A program made the position numbers and the translations under genes. A stretch of 53,421 nucleotides of DNA, taken from positions 33,435,731-33,489,151 of the forward strand of contig NC_068981.1 in NCBI RefSeq assembly GCF_001194135.2. The letters run 5' to 3'. The notes under the pieces were generated by a model. The model ran no database searches. It saw nothing but the letters and a program-made list of their open reading frames with translations, and was not told where the DNA came from. Of this stretch, positions 36,140-49,625 are shown piece after piece (within the stretch, counting starts at the first letter, position 1; every line of letters begins with the position of its first letter). This DNA comes from Octopus bimaculoides. Taxonomy: Eukaryota.

Positions 36140-36870
36140 ATGCGGCGAGCTGGCAGAATTGTTAGCACGCCGGGCGAAATGCTTAGCAGTATTTCGTCGA
36201 CTTTGCCTTTCATCCTTTCGGGGTCGATAAATTAAGTACCAGTTACGTACTGGGGTCGATGTAATCGACTTAATCCCTTTGTCTGTCCCCTCTATGTTTA
36301 GCCCCTTGTGGGCAATAAAGAAATAAGAATTGTTCCAGCGTCAGAGAAACTGCCTGGCAGTATTTCTTCTGACTCATTACTTTCGGAGTTCAAATTCCGT
36401 TGATGTCGACCTTGCTTTTTACATCCTCCGGGGTAGATAAAATAAGTACCAGTCAAAAACTAGGGTCGGTGTAATCGACTAGCTCCTACCCACCCACCCT
36501 AAATTTCAGGCCTTGTACTTATAGTAGAAAGGGCAACGTTTCGGTATTAGTACATGTCGTCAGTCATGAGTGTTTGACTCATGTGTGTGTCAGCTCGGTC
36601 GAGCAAATGAAACACAATGTCATGCACAGTCATGATGTCATAGGCTTTTACCGAAAGATTGCTGAAAAGGTTATCATTGCTGTTATTATTAAGACAGCGA
36701 GCAGGCAGACCCGTTACCACGCCGTTCAAAATGCTTTGCATTCTGGGTTCAAATTCTGCTGAGGTCCACTTTGCCTTTTATCCTTTCGGGGTTGAGCACT
36801 GGGGTCGATGTAATCGACTTAGCCCCTTCCTCGAAATTGCTGGCCTTGTGCCAAAATTTGAAACCATTAT
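36140..36870 (+). mobile_element. Three same-orientation family C SINE copies (about 36140-36328, 36329-36530, 36725-36870)
   Basis: Each carries the TTTGCCTTT-CATCCTTTCGGGG core. Confidence 0.85.
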
Positions 36871-38694
36871 CATTATGTGTCCTAAATTTGATATTTTCTT
36901 TCAAATAATGCATCTCGGCTTTACATTATACTCTCACCTAATCAATGTAATTGATTATTTAATTAGTATTTAATCCAGATATATTGCATTTTGAATGATA
37001 GAATTGAACTTTCTCCGAAAGAATATATGTATAGGTATAGTTGCATAGTGAAAAGGTTCACTTCGCAACCGCGTGGTTCCGGGTTCTATCGCTCTACATG
37101 TGTGTATTCTGCTATAGATTCTTATTTATCAATACAAATGACCATATGAGAGAGTCACTAGGTGGTCCTTCAACCTGTCAGAAATAGTAGTCAGATAACA
37201 CCCACCTTGTACAAAGTCAAGATAGATCATCGATACTGTAGTCTTACATATCCCCAAAACGGTATGATCCTGGTTGGAAAAGCCTCAGTTCATAGGTCTG
37301 CTCGATCAGGGTTGTCACTGTATTGTTAGACCACAACTTACTACTCCGAGCCAACGAAGTAAACTGTGGCCTTGTATGCACACGCGAAAGAATGTAGAAT
37401 GCTGTTTTAGGTATACAATAAGACAGGATGATCATGATGGGGACACTTGATCATGCTGCTCGAGTATTGTTTACTCAGGGTTAATGATAAAAAAAAGAAC
37501 CTACACTGCGTGAAGTGGGAACCTAAAACGTTTGCATTTTGCATAAAACACATTCGTAAGCTTTAAACTACACGGGAAGTAATTTTAATATCAATGATAT
37601 AACAGATTCGACTGCACATATTTGTTCAACGATAGTTTTTAATTTTCTCAGTAAATTAAAGGGTTACATTGTATTTTAATATAAAATAACCCTTCCATTC
37701 ACCTGCAACGACATAGCATCTAATTACGTTTTTTTTTTTTTTTTTTGCAATTAACTCTCATAAAGCAATATAAACNNNNNNNNNNTGTCCCACTATAAGA
37801 ATGTAAATAACGGGGTTTCACAACCCATTTTTGAAAGATCCCTTCGATGATGTCTCGCATTTGGTTTATGATTCTAAATTATGTATTCTTAATCTTCTGA
37901 TACCATTGGATTTTTCATGAATTTGGTGGGGAAAGCGATAAATTTGATCATTAAGAGTCTACAGAATTCTTCCTTCCTAGTTCTCTATTAATCTGTGGTT
38001 TTCCACAACTTTACTCAACGTTGCGGAATACGGTGTTCCATAACAGTGGGATGATGCTACCAATCTATATAAGGTCCTTTTCACTCGTCCGTACTATACA
38101 CACCCTTAATTTACTTTTAAATAAGGAATTTCATGTTGAAGACCAAAGTAATAAAAAAAATCTTAACTATTCCGTTTTTTTAATGGCATATTGGACAACA
38201 TTGTCTTAATGTATTTAGCCCCTTTTAGGGATATTAGGGATTTGTCTGATATTTTTAGCAGAGGTCGCGGCTCCCGCGGGAGATGGGGGTTTGTGTGTGC
38301 CTTTTCGTTTTATTTTTCACTAGTTATATAGCCATAGAATTTGCATCCGTCTAAACTTATCTATATATGTGATAGGAAAAATACGGGAAAACAGCAAGTT
38401 TTATTCTACTGTCGAACGAACTACATTAATTCGTTAAAATTAAGAATTTGTATAAGCCTTAAAAAAAAAAAAATAGAGTAAAGGCAAACGTGTCAATATT
38501 TCTATGCTGATAAATAACATGTATTTTCTTCGCATGACACTAACAGGAAGCAGTTCTTGTATGTATTGTCGACATCGTGATTTGTAATTAGTGTTAATCA
38601 GAGAATTTTGCTTGTAAAGTAATCGGTTCTTATGTATCATGTTTCTTCAGATTCGTCTTCTATTATAATACAAATCACATCAAGCAGGATGCAT

Positions 38695-38850
38695 TATAGA
38701 AATTGATTCGGCATTTAACTGGTATTTATTTTACCGAGCCTAGAAGAATGAAAAGCAAAGTTAACCTTAACGAGATTTCAATTCACAACAAATAGCTGTA
38801 GCTAAATAACGCAGGCATTTTGTCCGACTCTCTAATGTTTCTCCGCCTTC
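38695..38850 (-). mobile_element. Family C SINE, degenerate antisense copy
   Basis: AACTGGTATTTATTTTACCGAGCC...GAATGAAAAGCAAAGTTAACC. Confidence 0.65.
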
Positions 38851-41178
38851 GTCTGTATAGATATTTCACCCATACTTGCATTTTTTTTTATACTTACCCA
38901 GTTTGAAGGACGGGATAATACCCATGGCCTTTGCAGGCCCTCCTAGACTAATGAGATTGATGCTTGTAATGTTCCTCTTGCACTTTTTTAAGTCAACACT
39001 TGCTGGAAAGACAAGATGAAAGATTCTAGAGAGCTAAGATCCTGGGAAGAAAGGACTGGATGTAGTGATCAGTGCAGAGCCTAATGGTATCGAACAAAAG
39101 GGATGAAAGGAGGAGAGAGTAGTGGGTTGGAAATTTTTGAGTGGGTGACATGAGCCCAGCGTGAAGTAACCTCTAGCTTTGAAAAATAGTACCAGTTATA
39201 GGGATGCAGTTCTATGTTAAGGATGTGCAGTTGTGTTTTTGCCAAGTCCTCAGCCGATAGCAAGAAAATTTTTTAAAAAATAGAAATGCGCTGAAATAGT
39301 TTTTACAAACAATTATCTTTCCACTATAAAAAGGCTCATATAAAAATCTGTTAATATAATTTACAGTGTCACGGCGTCAAGCTAGCAGAATCATTAGCAA
39401 TGCTGGACAAAATGCTTAGTAGCATTTCTTCTAGTTTTACATTTTGCATTCATATTCCAACACAATCAGCTTTGCTTTTCATCCTTTCAAGGTTGATAAA
39501 GTAAGTACCAATTGAGCACTGGAATCAATGTAATTGACTTATCTTCTCTGATAAACTTGCTAGCTTTCTGCTAAGATTATAATTTTGCAGTGTCTTTATC
39601 TCCCTGTTTCTTCATCATTGTCTGAATTTTATGGAAATACTGATTGCTTAGTTAGCTGAGCTATGATACTTGCATTATCTATTTCAAGGAAACATTAACA
39701 GGTCATTTAGTTAGCTGAATATTGAGTAGAAATATAAATTATAAGTTTCAAGTTCAATTCCTCCATAGCATCATCATCATTTCGATGTCTGCTTTTCCAT
39801 GTTTGCATGGGTCAAAAAGAATTTGTTGCAGCAGATTTTACGCAGTTCTATGGCCTTCCTCAAACCCTCACTTGTTTTCAAGCAAGGTAGTATTTCACCA
39901 TGACCAGACATGTTTTCACAGAAGATAGGAAATGAAAGACATAGCTTGTATGATAGTGACACTCATTTACAATAATATCTTGTCAAAAAGACAAGGAGTC
40001 ATAAACACATACAAAGGTATCCAAATCATAATCATTCTATCCTTTTACATGAATGTAGAACATGATTTGAGGGATATTTGGCTGCTATTTCTCTCAGGCC
40101 TAATGATTACATGTTTTCTTTCCAATATAGTATATCTTAGATTATATAATCTAATACATCCTTAGTTTTTAATAGGGTTTGAAGTAGGGAGTGTCTGCTG
40201 TTTATAGTTCATGAAGTAAATGCATAGAGACTCCTACTATGATTAATAAAACAAGTGACAAACATTTAGTGAAGTTAATTTGAATAATTAAACTCAACTT
40301 TTAGAGCAATGGGCAAAATGACTTGCACAATTTGTTTCAGCTGTTTATATTTTAAGTTCAAATCTTGCCTAAGGCACCTTTACTTTACATTCCTTTGAAG
40401 TCAGTAAAATAAAGTACTAGTCAAGCACTAAGATCTATATAATTGACTAATCTCCTCCTCCAAAATATTTCTGGTCTTGTGCTTAATTTAGAAACAGTTA
40501 TTAAGGACATTAGTTTGGCTGAATCATTAGAGCATCGGGAAAAATACCTATTGATATTCCTTCCATCTCTTTATGTTCTGAGTTCAAATCCAACCAAAGT
40601 TAAAATTGCCTTTCATCTTTTCGAGATCAATAAAATAAAGTACCAGCCAAGTAGTAGGGTTGATGTAATCAACTAGAGCCCGTCTCTTCAAAATCACTGA
40701 CTTTGTGCCTAAATTAATAAACACAAGGCAGCAAGCTAATAGACCTGTTAGAGCATTGGAAAAGATCTCTTGTAGTATATTTTCTGTCCCTTTAAGCACT
40801 AAATTCAAATCCTGCCAAGGTCAACTTTATCTTTCATTCTTTTGTGAATGAGGAAATACTAGTTAAGTACTAAGACTAATATAATTGACTAACTTCCTCC
40901 CCTCAATGTTGCTGGCCTTCTACCTAAATTAGAAACCTTTATTATTATTTTTTTTAAATATTTTATATAAGGCAGCAAGTGGAAAGAATCGTTAGCACAT
41001 TGAGTGAAATGCTTAGCAGTGTTTCATCTGCTGCTAAGTTCTAAGTTCAAATTCCGCTGTGGTCAACTTTACCTTTCATCCTTTCAGGATCAATAAATTA
41101 AGTACCAGTGAAACACTGGGGTCGATGAAATTGACTAATCTCCTTCAAATTTCAGGCCTTGCACCTATTGTAGAAAGG

Positions 41179-41243
<65 letters not shown>

Positions 41244-41244
<1 letters not shown>

Positions 41245-41600
41245 TTTAACTCAGGTTTTGTTCAAACTCTTGGAGTCTTGCATGTGTAGTAGGCTTGATA
41301 CCTGTAGCCTATGGTACCATGCTATTTGTTCTTTTCAGCTATGTCCTTTCCTGATTATTCTTAGTGTGCCAAGGATGCAAGCCTTTTGTAGCAGCTCTAC
41401 GGACACTCTATTCTAATTTCCTTTATATTCTTCTTGATACCTTCTGATACTGACCCCAAAGACCCAACAATAATTGGCACTATCTTCACCTTCTTCATTT
41501 TCCATAGCCAGGCTATTTTGCATTTAAGAGGACTGTATGTGTCTATTTTTCACCTTCCTTCTTAACTATTCTGTGGGTCATATTTAGTATTTTTATTTTC
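41244..41600 (-). mobile_element. R4/Dong-like non-LTR retrotransposon 3' fragment
   Basis: EKIDTY..LKCKIAWLWKMKKVKIVPIIVGSLGSVSEG...LLQKACILGT; ends at (TAA)n 41179-41243. Confidence 0.8.
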
Positions 41601-41629
41601 ATTATTATTATTATTATTATTTTTAACAC

Positions 41630-41945
41630 CACACCTTTATTGAGAGCTGTAACAAAGTGTTGGCTGTTCACAACCAGTGAGCTAAGGTAACACTCTTCAT
41701 TCAGATTCTGAGGGATTTGTGATGTTCCAAGCAATGCTATTTTCTTGCTACACTAAATTTACATTTATTCATCTCTTTTCAATCTGTTTTGTGAGCTTCG
41801 AACTTATAGTTCTCAGGGCTTCAACAACAAAAGGTATGATGCTCACCTTCTTCAATGACCAGTCTTTTTATCTCCTACTTCAAATCATCATATCTGGCCT
41901 GTTTGTCTTCTCTTTCCAATACTTTGTCATCATCAGGGCATGAAA
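41630..41945 (-). mobile_element. Second R4/Dong-like 3' fragment
   Basis: ACPDDDKV..REDKQARYDDLKxEI...KVSIIPFVVEAL...IALLGTSQI; ends at (TAA)n 41601-41620. Confidence 0.75.
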
Positions 41946-43162
41946 TATTTATGACTAAAGAAGTTTTTCACATTTAAACAGGTTTGTCCTTCTTTATTCA
42001 CATTTCAACAGGTTTTCCCCCTCCTCTTTATTCACAATTTTTATTCACTAGTGTTGTTGTCAGGGTGGCAAGCTGGCAAAATCATTAGCACACCAGACAA
42101 AGTGCTTAGTGGCATTTCATCCATCTATACATTCTGAGTTCAAATTCCATCAAGGTTAGCTTTGCCTTTCATCCTTTTGGGGTCAATAAAATAAGTAGCA
42201 GTTGAATACTAGGGTTAATGTAATCAACTTACTCCTTCCCCTAAAATTGCTGGCCTTGTGCCAAAATTTGAAACCATTATTGTTGTTGTTGATGTTGTTC
42301 TTGCTGTAAGTGAATTTAATGACAGTAAAATTCATTTAATGAACATATTATTTGTCTAAAAATGTGTTTGTGCTGGCTAATCAAAAATTAATGATCTGCA
42401 GATTTATCAACATGTACGATATAACATACATTCAATTTACAACAACACAATTTTAGTAAAGTTACAAAAGACTGCAAAGGAATCAAATTAATAATCAATG
42501 CAGATAATGTTAACCAAATGTGGTAGATTGGTAAAATTGCTGATATTTTCATGTGGTATCATTATCATTTAATGTCTGCTTTCCATACTGGTATATGTTG
42601 GATAGTTTGACAGGAGCCGGCTGGTCAGAGTACTATGTCAAACTCCAATGTCTGTTTAATATGTTTTTTTACAGTTGGATGCCCTTCCAAATGCTAACTA
42701 CATTACAGAGTGTACTGGGTGCTTTTTACATGGCACTGATAACATTAAGGTCACTAATTAACTTGCAAAACAAGACCTTTCAACTGAGTGGGATCTAGTA
42801 TTAAGAGAGATGGCTTTATGTCAGGTGATGAGAGGTTAGTGTATGACAGAGGGACAGGAACAGATGCTTTGTTGTAAAGAAAGATACATGTCTACCCCTG
42901 TTTGAAAAGAGAGAAGATAGGTTTATGTTTGAAGTCAGTATATTTTATACATTATTGTATAAGCATGTGAACTTTTAATTCAAATGACAATATCACAAAC
43001 GATCTGATTAACTATTAATTAACCTAATTAATAATTTCTTATTAAATAAACATGTTTTTGTAATAACTAAAATGTAAACAAAATCAATATATTCAAACAA
43101 AATTGTATTCCTTTTTTGTAATTATAACAAAATTAATATCAAATAACTCTTTTCTATTACAG

Positions 43163-43225
43163 AATATAATATAAAGAGCTTAACTAACTGGGGATTCAAT
43201 TCCTATTATGAGCTTTATACCCAAG
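43163..43225 (+). CDS. FBXO31: FBXO31-like coding exon 2 (E-YNIKSLTNWGFNSYYELYTQ)
   Basis: ttttctattacag acceptor, AAG|gtaatt donor, phase 1-1. Confidence 0.88.
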
Positions 43226-43314
43226 GTAATTAATCTTGTTAATTTAAAATAATTTAATTTAGTATTTTTCTGTGGTCAAATGGTTATCTTACAGATAACA
43301 TATACTTTTCTTGT

Positions 43315-43800
43315 CTAGCCTTATATCACACAATTTCACCTCACATTACACAATCTTGCCTCATGTCTTGCAATCTTGCCTTACATCACATAATCTAACC
43401 TCACATTACACAATCACACTTTACATCACACAACCTTACCTTGCATTGCGCAATTTCACTTCACATCACACAGTCTGACTGTGTATCATACAATCTAGCT
43501 TCATATTACACTGTCTCACTTTACATCACACAATCTAACCTCATTCAATCTAGCCTTACATTACACAATTTCAGCTTATATCACATGATCTCGCCTCATC
43601 TCACACAATCTAGTCTCACACTACACAATCTAGCCTCACATTATACAATTAAGCTTCATATTACACAATCTCTCCTTATATCATAGTCTTATCTCACATC
43701 ACAATAATCCTACCTCACTATACATAATCTCACTTTACATTGTCTAATCTAGCCTCACATTACACAATCTCGCTTCACCATCACACAACCTTACTCCAAC
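43315..43800. repeat. Diverged ~20-bp minisatellite (TCACATTACACAATCTAGCC)
   Basis: CACAATC / ACATTACAC recurring at about 20-bp spacing. Confidence 0.9.
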
Positions 43801-44167
43801 ACTATATCCCATAATTTCTTTTTGTTTTTATTATCTATTTCACCCAAAATCAATCCTCTGCTCTCTTTGTACGTCTTTACTAAGGCAGCTACCTCTCCTG
43901 CCCACTATGATTTTCCTACAGCTGCTGCATTGGTCTCTGCTACTCAGCGATGGCTGGTTGTATACCACCTCTATCCAAGCTCACCCAACATGTCTCCTCT
44001 TCTTGTTAAGGAAACTAGACGACTAGGTGTAGTTGTTTGGACACTGATGGTTTGGCATGGCTGACTGGACATTCAGCCTGCTTTGGTGAGAGTTCCTTTT
44101 GACACTGGAGCTCAACACATGCATGTGTGCATACAGACACACACACACACACTCATACACAGAAACA

Positions 44168-44420
44168 TGCACAAACAGATAGGAAGTGCATGGTTTAGTG
44201 GTTTGAGTGTTGGACTCATGGTTGTAAGATTGTGGTTTCGATTCCTGGACCGGGTGACACGTAGTGTTCTTGAGCAAAACTCTTCATTTCACATTGCTCC
44301 AGTCCACTCAGCTGGCAAAAATGAGTAATCCTGCGACTGACCGGCATCCCGTCCAGATGGAGAATTTATACACCATGGAAACCAGGAAACCAGCCTTTAT
44401 GAGTCAGCATGACACAAGAT
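44168..44420 (+). mobile_element. tRNA-derived SINE with CTGCGA...GGCATCCCGTCCAG tail
   Basis: A box TGGTTTAGTGG, B box GGTTTCGATTCC; partial copy at 48585-48690. Confidence 0.8.
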
Positions 44421-45053
44421 ACTTTTACTAGATACAGTTAATGAGAGAGATACAGAGGAAAAGAGAGAGACGTTACAGTTTATTAATTGAATATGATTGA
44501 CATAAACACTTCCACTCTGCTCATACATATAGAGAAATATGCTCACACATAAGCAGAGAGGGGTGGGTTTGAGAGAAAAATTAAAACACCGAATAAGGAC
44601 ATAAGACAGATATTTTGCTTTCCAATCAATCCTTCATGAACTTCTTCAAATACCATTTAGAGAGGAATGTGAGATAGATAGGAAAGCTGCTGTTCTCCAG
44701 TGACCTCACCTTAGCCACCATCCTTGTGGCAAAATATTAAAAATATTGCTTTTCTTTTTCATGAACAATAGCCACTTCATTGGATGTATGAGGTCAGAGA
44801 GGTATCATTGTATTAATAAAAGGGTTACACAGTTATGAATTTTGGTTAACAAAAATATGAACAAACATTAGAAAATTTTCCTCGTTTAAAAATTGTTCTT
44901 CATGCAGAAGACATCTTTTAAATAGATTCTTATTGTCAGACTAGTTCTCTACTTGAATCAAACATTAAGCTTTATGTCATTATCTATCATTTCTTTGTTA
45001 GTTTCTATACTATATATTTTCTATCTTTGAAGATATATATTCTTATCTTCCAG

Positions 45054-45130
45054 TTCTTCACAAGTTTGGATTTTTAATTGGAATTTGGAGAGCTGTGATG
45101 TCTCCTTATGGAAGCCTGATTAAATTTGAG
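45054..45130 (+). CDS. FBXO31: FBXO31-like coding exon 3 (V-LHKFGFLIGIWRAVMSPYGSLIKFE)
   Basis: cttccag acceptor, GAG|gtaaat donor; aligns with recalled human [23 protein letters not shown]. Confidence 0.92.
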
Positions 45131-45664
45131 GTAAATAAAAAAAAATATAACTACGAGTAACATTTTTACTGGTTAACCTTTTATTCTTTAATCACCTCAA
45201 ATGAAAACATTATTCATTTGTATCAGTTATTTTGCATAAATCCTAAGAGGGCTTTGAGTGGGCAGACTTGTAAGACAGGTCGCCTATAAGATATATATAT
45301 ATTGGTAAACTTTGCTTTAGTATAGAACTATGTTGCTTGGAGAAACTACTGTATAGTCAATCAATATGACATCAGTGATTTTTTAGTCTTTATTTTACGT
45401 TTAAGTTAAAATTACTATACTAAATTCAAAGAGGTCAAGCTAGTCTAGCTGTAAATTGTTCAAATGGGCCAAAACAACTTAAACAATTTAAATTAGTATT
45501 CATCATGATTTTTTTTTGTGATGGTCTCTGAGAACTTAAGAGAGTACTTATTTATCTTTTCATAAACAGCACACTCAAAAAGTTTGCGATCTTACACTTG
45601 ATGAATTAATTGTACCTGTCACACAAATTATGTGAGAGAATTGCAATAGTTTATTTATCATGTT

Positions 45665-45790
45665 GAGTGGAGGCACAATGGCCCAGTGGTTGGGGCAGCG
45701 GACTCGCAGTCATAGGATCACGGTTTCGATTCCCAGACCAGGCATTGTGAGTGTTTATTGAGCAAAAACACCTAATGCTCCTGGCTGGCA
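45665..45790 (+). mobile_element. tRNA-head SINE fragment
   Basis: TGGCCCAGTGG and GGTTTCGATTCCC followed by TTGAGCAAAAACAC body. Confidence 0.7.
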
Positions 45791-47352
45791 CCAGTAAAAG
45801 AATAACATGACATGCTTTATATTTTATATTTTAATATGAGTATAGTCTATCATTGGTGGAAGGGCTACTACCGTTGTAATTCATTTTAGTGTCCTATTTT
45901 TATCATAGTTATCTTAACTAGTTTACACCCTACCCCTTTTTAAAGGTTATAAACCATGTTTTATTACATATCCAATAACAATTTTACATAGTTAATCAGT
46001 ATCAAAACACATTAGCAGTAACAGTTCTGAGTTCAGACTGAAACAGAAGGGTTGTACACAAGTCTAAATAAACTTTTGAAGTACGGTGGAGTATTATGCC
46101 AATCAAAGTATATGTAGAAACATCTAAAATCAAGATAACAGACCCGATAAACTTTCCTGAGGAAAATTTTTTATAGATGTCCATGGTCATTGCTAGTACC
46201 ATGTAAATGGCACTCATAAATTGTCATGGTCATTGCCGGTGCCATGTATATGATTCCCATGAATCATAGTCTTGGCACTGCTGGTACCATGTGAATGGCA
46301 CCCATGAATTGTAATCATGGTCGTTGCCAGTGTCATCTAAATGACACCCATGCCAGTAGCACATAAAATCACCCATTACACTCTTGGAGTGGTTGGTGTT
46401 AGAAAGGGCATCCAGCTGTAGAAACCATGCCAAATCAGACTGGAACGAGTAATGACGTATTTAATGCGATACACACCTCACTATAGGAGTAATTCAAATT
46501 TAATTTTAATTTCAGAGTTGTCACCCCTTTTACTGTAATCAGATTATTCATTGGACTTGTGTTATTCTTTCCTCATTGCAAAAGTAATTTTTATTATTTG
46601 CAAACTTATACTCCCTGCATTAATTATCTTAGCACTCACTCAACTATTGTGTTTCATACAGATGGTGTCCCTTGATAATTTCTCTTAGCCATTAAGTTGA
46701 GTTGTCACTTGAACTCAAATATATTTCTGATATATCTCTGTAGCTACTCTCTATGACTACATCTGGTATGCACTTTAAAAGACTATGCTTCACTGAGGAA
46801 GCTTAATAAGACTAAAACATACCCTGAGTTACCACCATGATCAGACTTAAATTAATATTAGTCCTCAAGCTAATGTTTTCTGTCTTCTCATGTGTAATTC
46901 AAACTTTAATTAATTAAAATTTCAGAGTTGTCACTCCTTTGTGTTGACCGAATTTGATTAAGATCCATCATGAAGCCTATTTTGGGTCTCCTCAAGATGC
47001 TTTTGCATAATTTTGTATATATATATATATATATATAAATGAAAGGAAGAGGAAAACAAAACCAAGGCTTACCAAATCATTTAAATTATTTTAATGATGA
47101 ATCAAATTAAGCAAAAGTAAATTATTTACTTTTACTTACTTTGATCCACCATTAAAATAATTTAAATGATCTGATAAGCTCGTCCTGCTTTTGTTTTGTT
47201 TTCATCTTCCTTTAATATGTACCCACTGACTTGGAAGTTGGCTACAGATCCCCAACTCCAGCCCCTGTTGTAAACTTGGATCCTAGTAGCTTATCAATTG
47301 GAGCACTCAGAGAGTGTGCCTATTTAGATCACCAGTGACCTAAACCTTTCCT

Positions 47353-47393
<41 letters not shown>

Positions 47394-47457
47394 TTGCTCA
47401 CTACATTTGTTAATAATCACTCAACCTTACTCAGCTTGTTATCTCGTATTATTTTAG

Positions 47458-47634
47458 CCTAAAGATGGTAAGGTTCTTGGACAAGAACTCTCAGCACCCT
47501 GTCCACCAAATATCAATTCACCATTACGCAGAAAATTACTTTTTTCAATTGAAGTAGAAGACTCCGAAGTGAAGACCCTGTGTCATATGGGACCAAACAA
47601 TATTCCTCATCAGTGCAACATATTTGCTGTTGAT
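47458..47634 (+). CDS. FBXO31: FBXO31-like coding exon 4 (PKDGKVLGQELSAPCPPNINSPLRRKLLFSIEVEDSEVKTLCHMGPNNIPHQCNIFAVD)
   Basis: attttag acceptor, GAT|gtgagt donor, 177 nt, phase 0-0; aligns with recalled DPMRFKPLFRI...VECMYGHKGPH. Confidence 0.92.
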
Positions 47635-48258
47635 GTGAGTACTCATCAAAGAATAAATGATTATTACAACAGATGTTCATCATCATTATCATCCCAATTT
47701 TATATCATTTTCCTTTCCTCGTTTGCATGCATCTCATCCTCCTCCTTCACAGTCATTTGTCATCTGGTATACACACACAGCAACAGAAAATTATCAAAAT
47801 GTATTGCTAAGTATGACTTTTGTGTATGTGTGTGTGGTTTTTATAGTTTGGTGGCTTTTCTATCACCAGCTACTTTGCAACAACTAAGATACGTAGCGCA
47901 TTGTTGTACTCAAGAAGACCCAACCACAACAGAACTGAGATCTTAAAACCAAGTTGCTGTGTTAAAAGCATTGGTGTTGGTGCTGGTACCATGTAAAAGG
48001 CACTTGTGATGGTGCTATGTAAAAAAGCACTCAGTACACTCCGTAGAGTGGTTGGTGTTAGGAAGGGCATCCAACCACAGAAACCAAACCAAAACAGACT
48101 AAGGAATCTGGTGTGGCCCCTGGTCTAGCCAGTTCCTGTCGAGCCATTCAGCTCATGCCAGTATGGAAAATGGACGTTAAATGTTGAGGATGATGATCTT
48201 GTCTACTGTATATAATCCTGTCTACTTTACATATGACAAATATATGTATTTGTCATAT

Positions 48259-48475
48259 TTAACCTTTTAGTATTTAAACTAGCCATGTCTGGCCCAAATA
48301 TTCTACCTTTTTTTATGTTCAAACCATCCAGATTCAGACTTTACAATGTCATTTTAAAAATAAACAATCTCCTCATTGAAATCTCAAAGTTATGAGACAG
48401 TGCATGATCAATCCAAAACAATATGAATAAATAAACATTACATTTGACTGAGTAATCCAGATGCTAAAGGGTTAA
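48259..48475. mobile_element. piggyBac-type MITE, uninterrupted copy
   Basis: TTAA-CCTTTTAG...ATGCTAAAGGG-TTAA. Confidence 0.85.
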
Positions 48476-48714
48476 AATAGTGTACTTAGTGATGGTTTTC
48501 AATACTGAAGAAAGTCGTTTTACCATTGTAAAGTCCTCTTAAAACTACATTGGATATCATAATGCATATACTTCATCTCACAGTGCTCCAGTCCAGTCAG
48601 CTGGTAAAAATGAATAATCCTATGATGGAGTGGTGTCCTGTCCAGGGTGTAATATATGCGCCAGAGAAACCGGGCCTATGTTCCTTATGGAGTAATGTGG
48701 ATTAATCATATACT

Positions 48715-48870
48715 CTCTTTTATTCTTTTACTTGTTTCAGTCATTTGACTGCAGCCATGCTGGAGCACCGCCTTTAGTCGAGCATATCGACCCCAGGACT
48801 TATTCTTTGTAAGCCTAGTACTTATTATATAAGTCTCTTTTGCCAAACCACTAAGTTACAGGGGACATAA

Positions 48871-48906
<36 letters not shown>

Positions 48907-49625
48907 GACATTTATTGTGGTTTTGGAGTCAGGATTTGACTGCTATTTTTTTCAGCGTGGTGGTATCTCTTGATACCCTGTATTATAATTTTAAATAATT
49001 ATTACCTTTGATGGTTTTTATTCCCATGCTGACCACTTGATAAGATCAATATTTTAAATACCGATCTTATCCTTATTTATATAAATTAGTTTTGTCAGTG
49101 TATTTACTGCGCTGATATCCTGTCCGGGATCGCACGAGAAGTTGTTTAGGCGGGCTATTTAAGCTAGTCGTGTGCATACGTGCATATATATGTATGTATA
49201 CGTCCGTATATGTAAGTATACTGTTTATATACATGTATTTGTATTTATGTACTTGAGTATATTTCACTGATGAAGGCAGAGCATTTATGCAAAGCNNNNN
49301 NNNNNNNNNNNNNNNNNNNNNNNNNNNNNNNNNNNNNNNNNNNNNNNNNNNNNNNNNNNNNNNNNNNNNNNNNNNNNNNNNNNNNNNNNNNNNNNNNNNN
49401 NNNNNNNNNNNNNNNNNNNNNNNNNNNNNNNNNNNNNNNNNNNNNNNNNNNNNNNNNNNNNNNNNNNNNNNNNNNNNNNNNNNNNNNNNNNNNNNNNNNN
49501 NNNNNNNNNNNNNNNNNNNNNNNNNNNNNNNNNNNNNNNCATTTATTGTGGTTTTGGAGTCAGGATTTGACTGCTATTTTTTTCAGCGTGGTGGTATCTC
49601 TTGATACCCTGTATTATAATTTTAA

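Larger units (their letters stand above)
39368..42280 (+). mobile_element. Cluster of about six sense family C SINEs (about 39368, 40325, 40505, 40725, 40970, 42062), CpG-decayed
   Basis: Repeated GAGTTCAAAT...CTTTCAT...AAGTAC modules. Confidence 0.85.

Noticed and set aside
38209-38290. GC-rich patch with ATG and donor-like GT, first considered the FBXO31 start
   Set aside because: The true F-box exon is at 31355; this lies in intron 1 and its phase does not join exon 2.
43315-43800. Regularly spaced repeats as a CRISPR array
   Set aside because: No unique spacers, degenerate units, eukaryotic intron, no cas genes.
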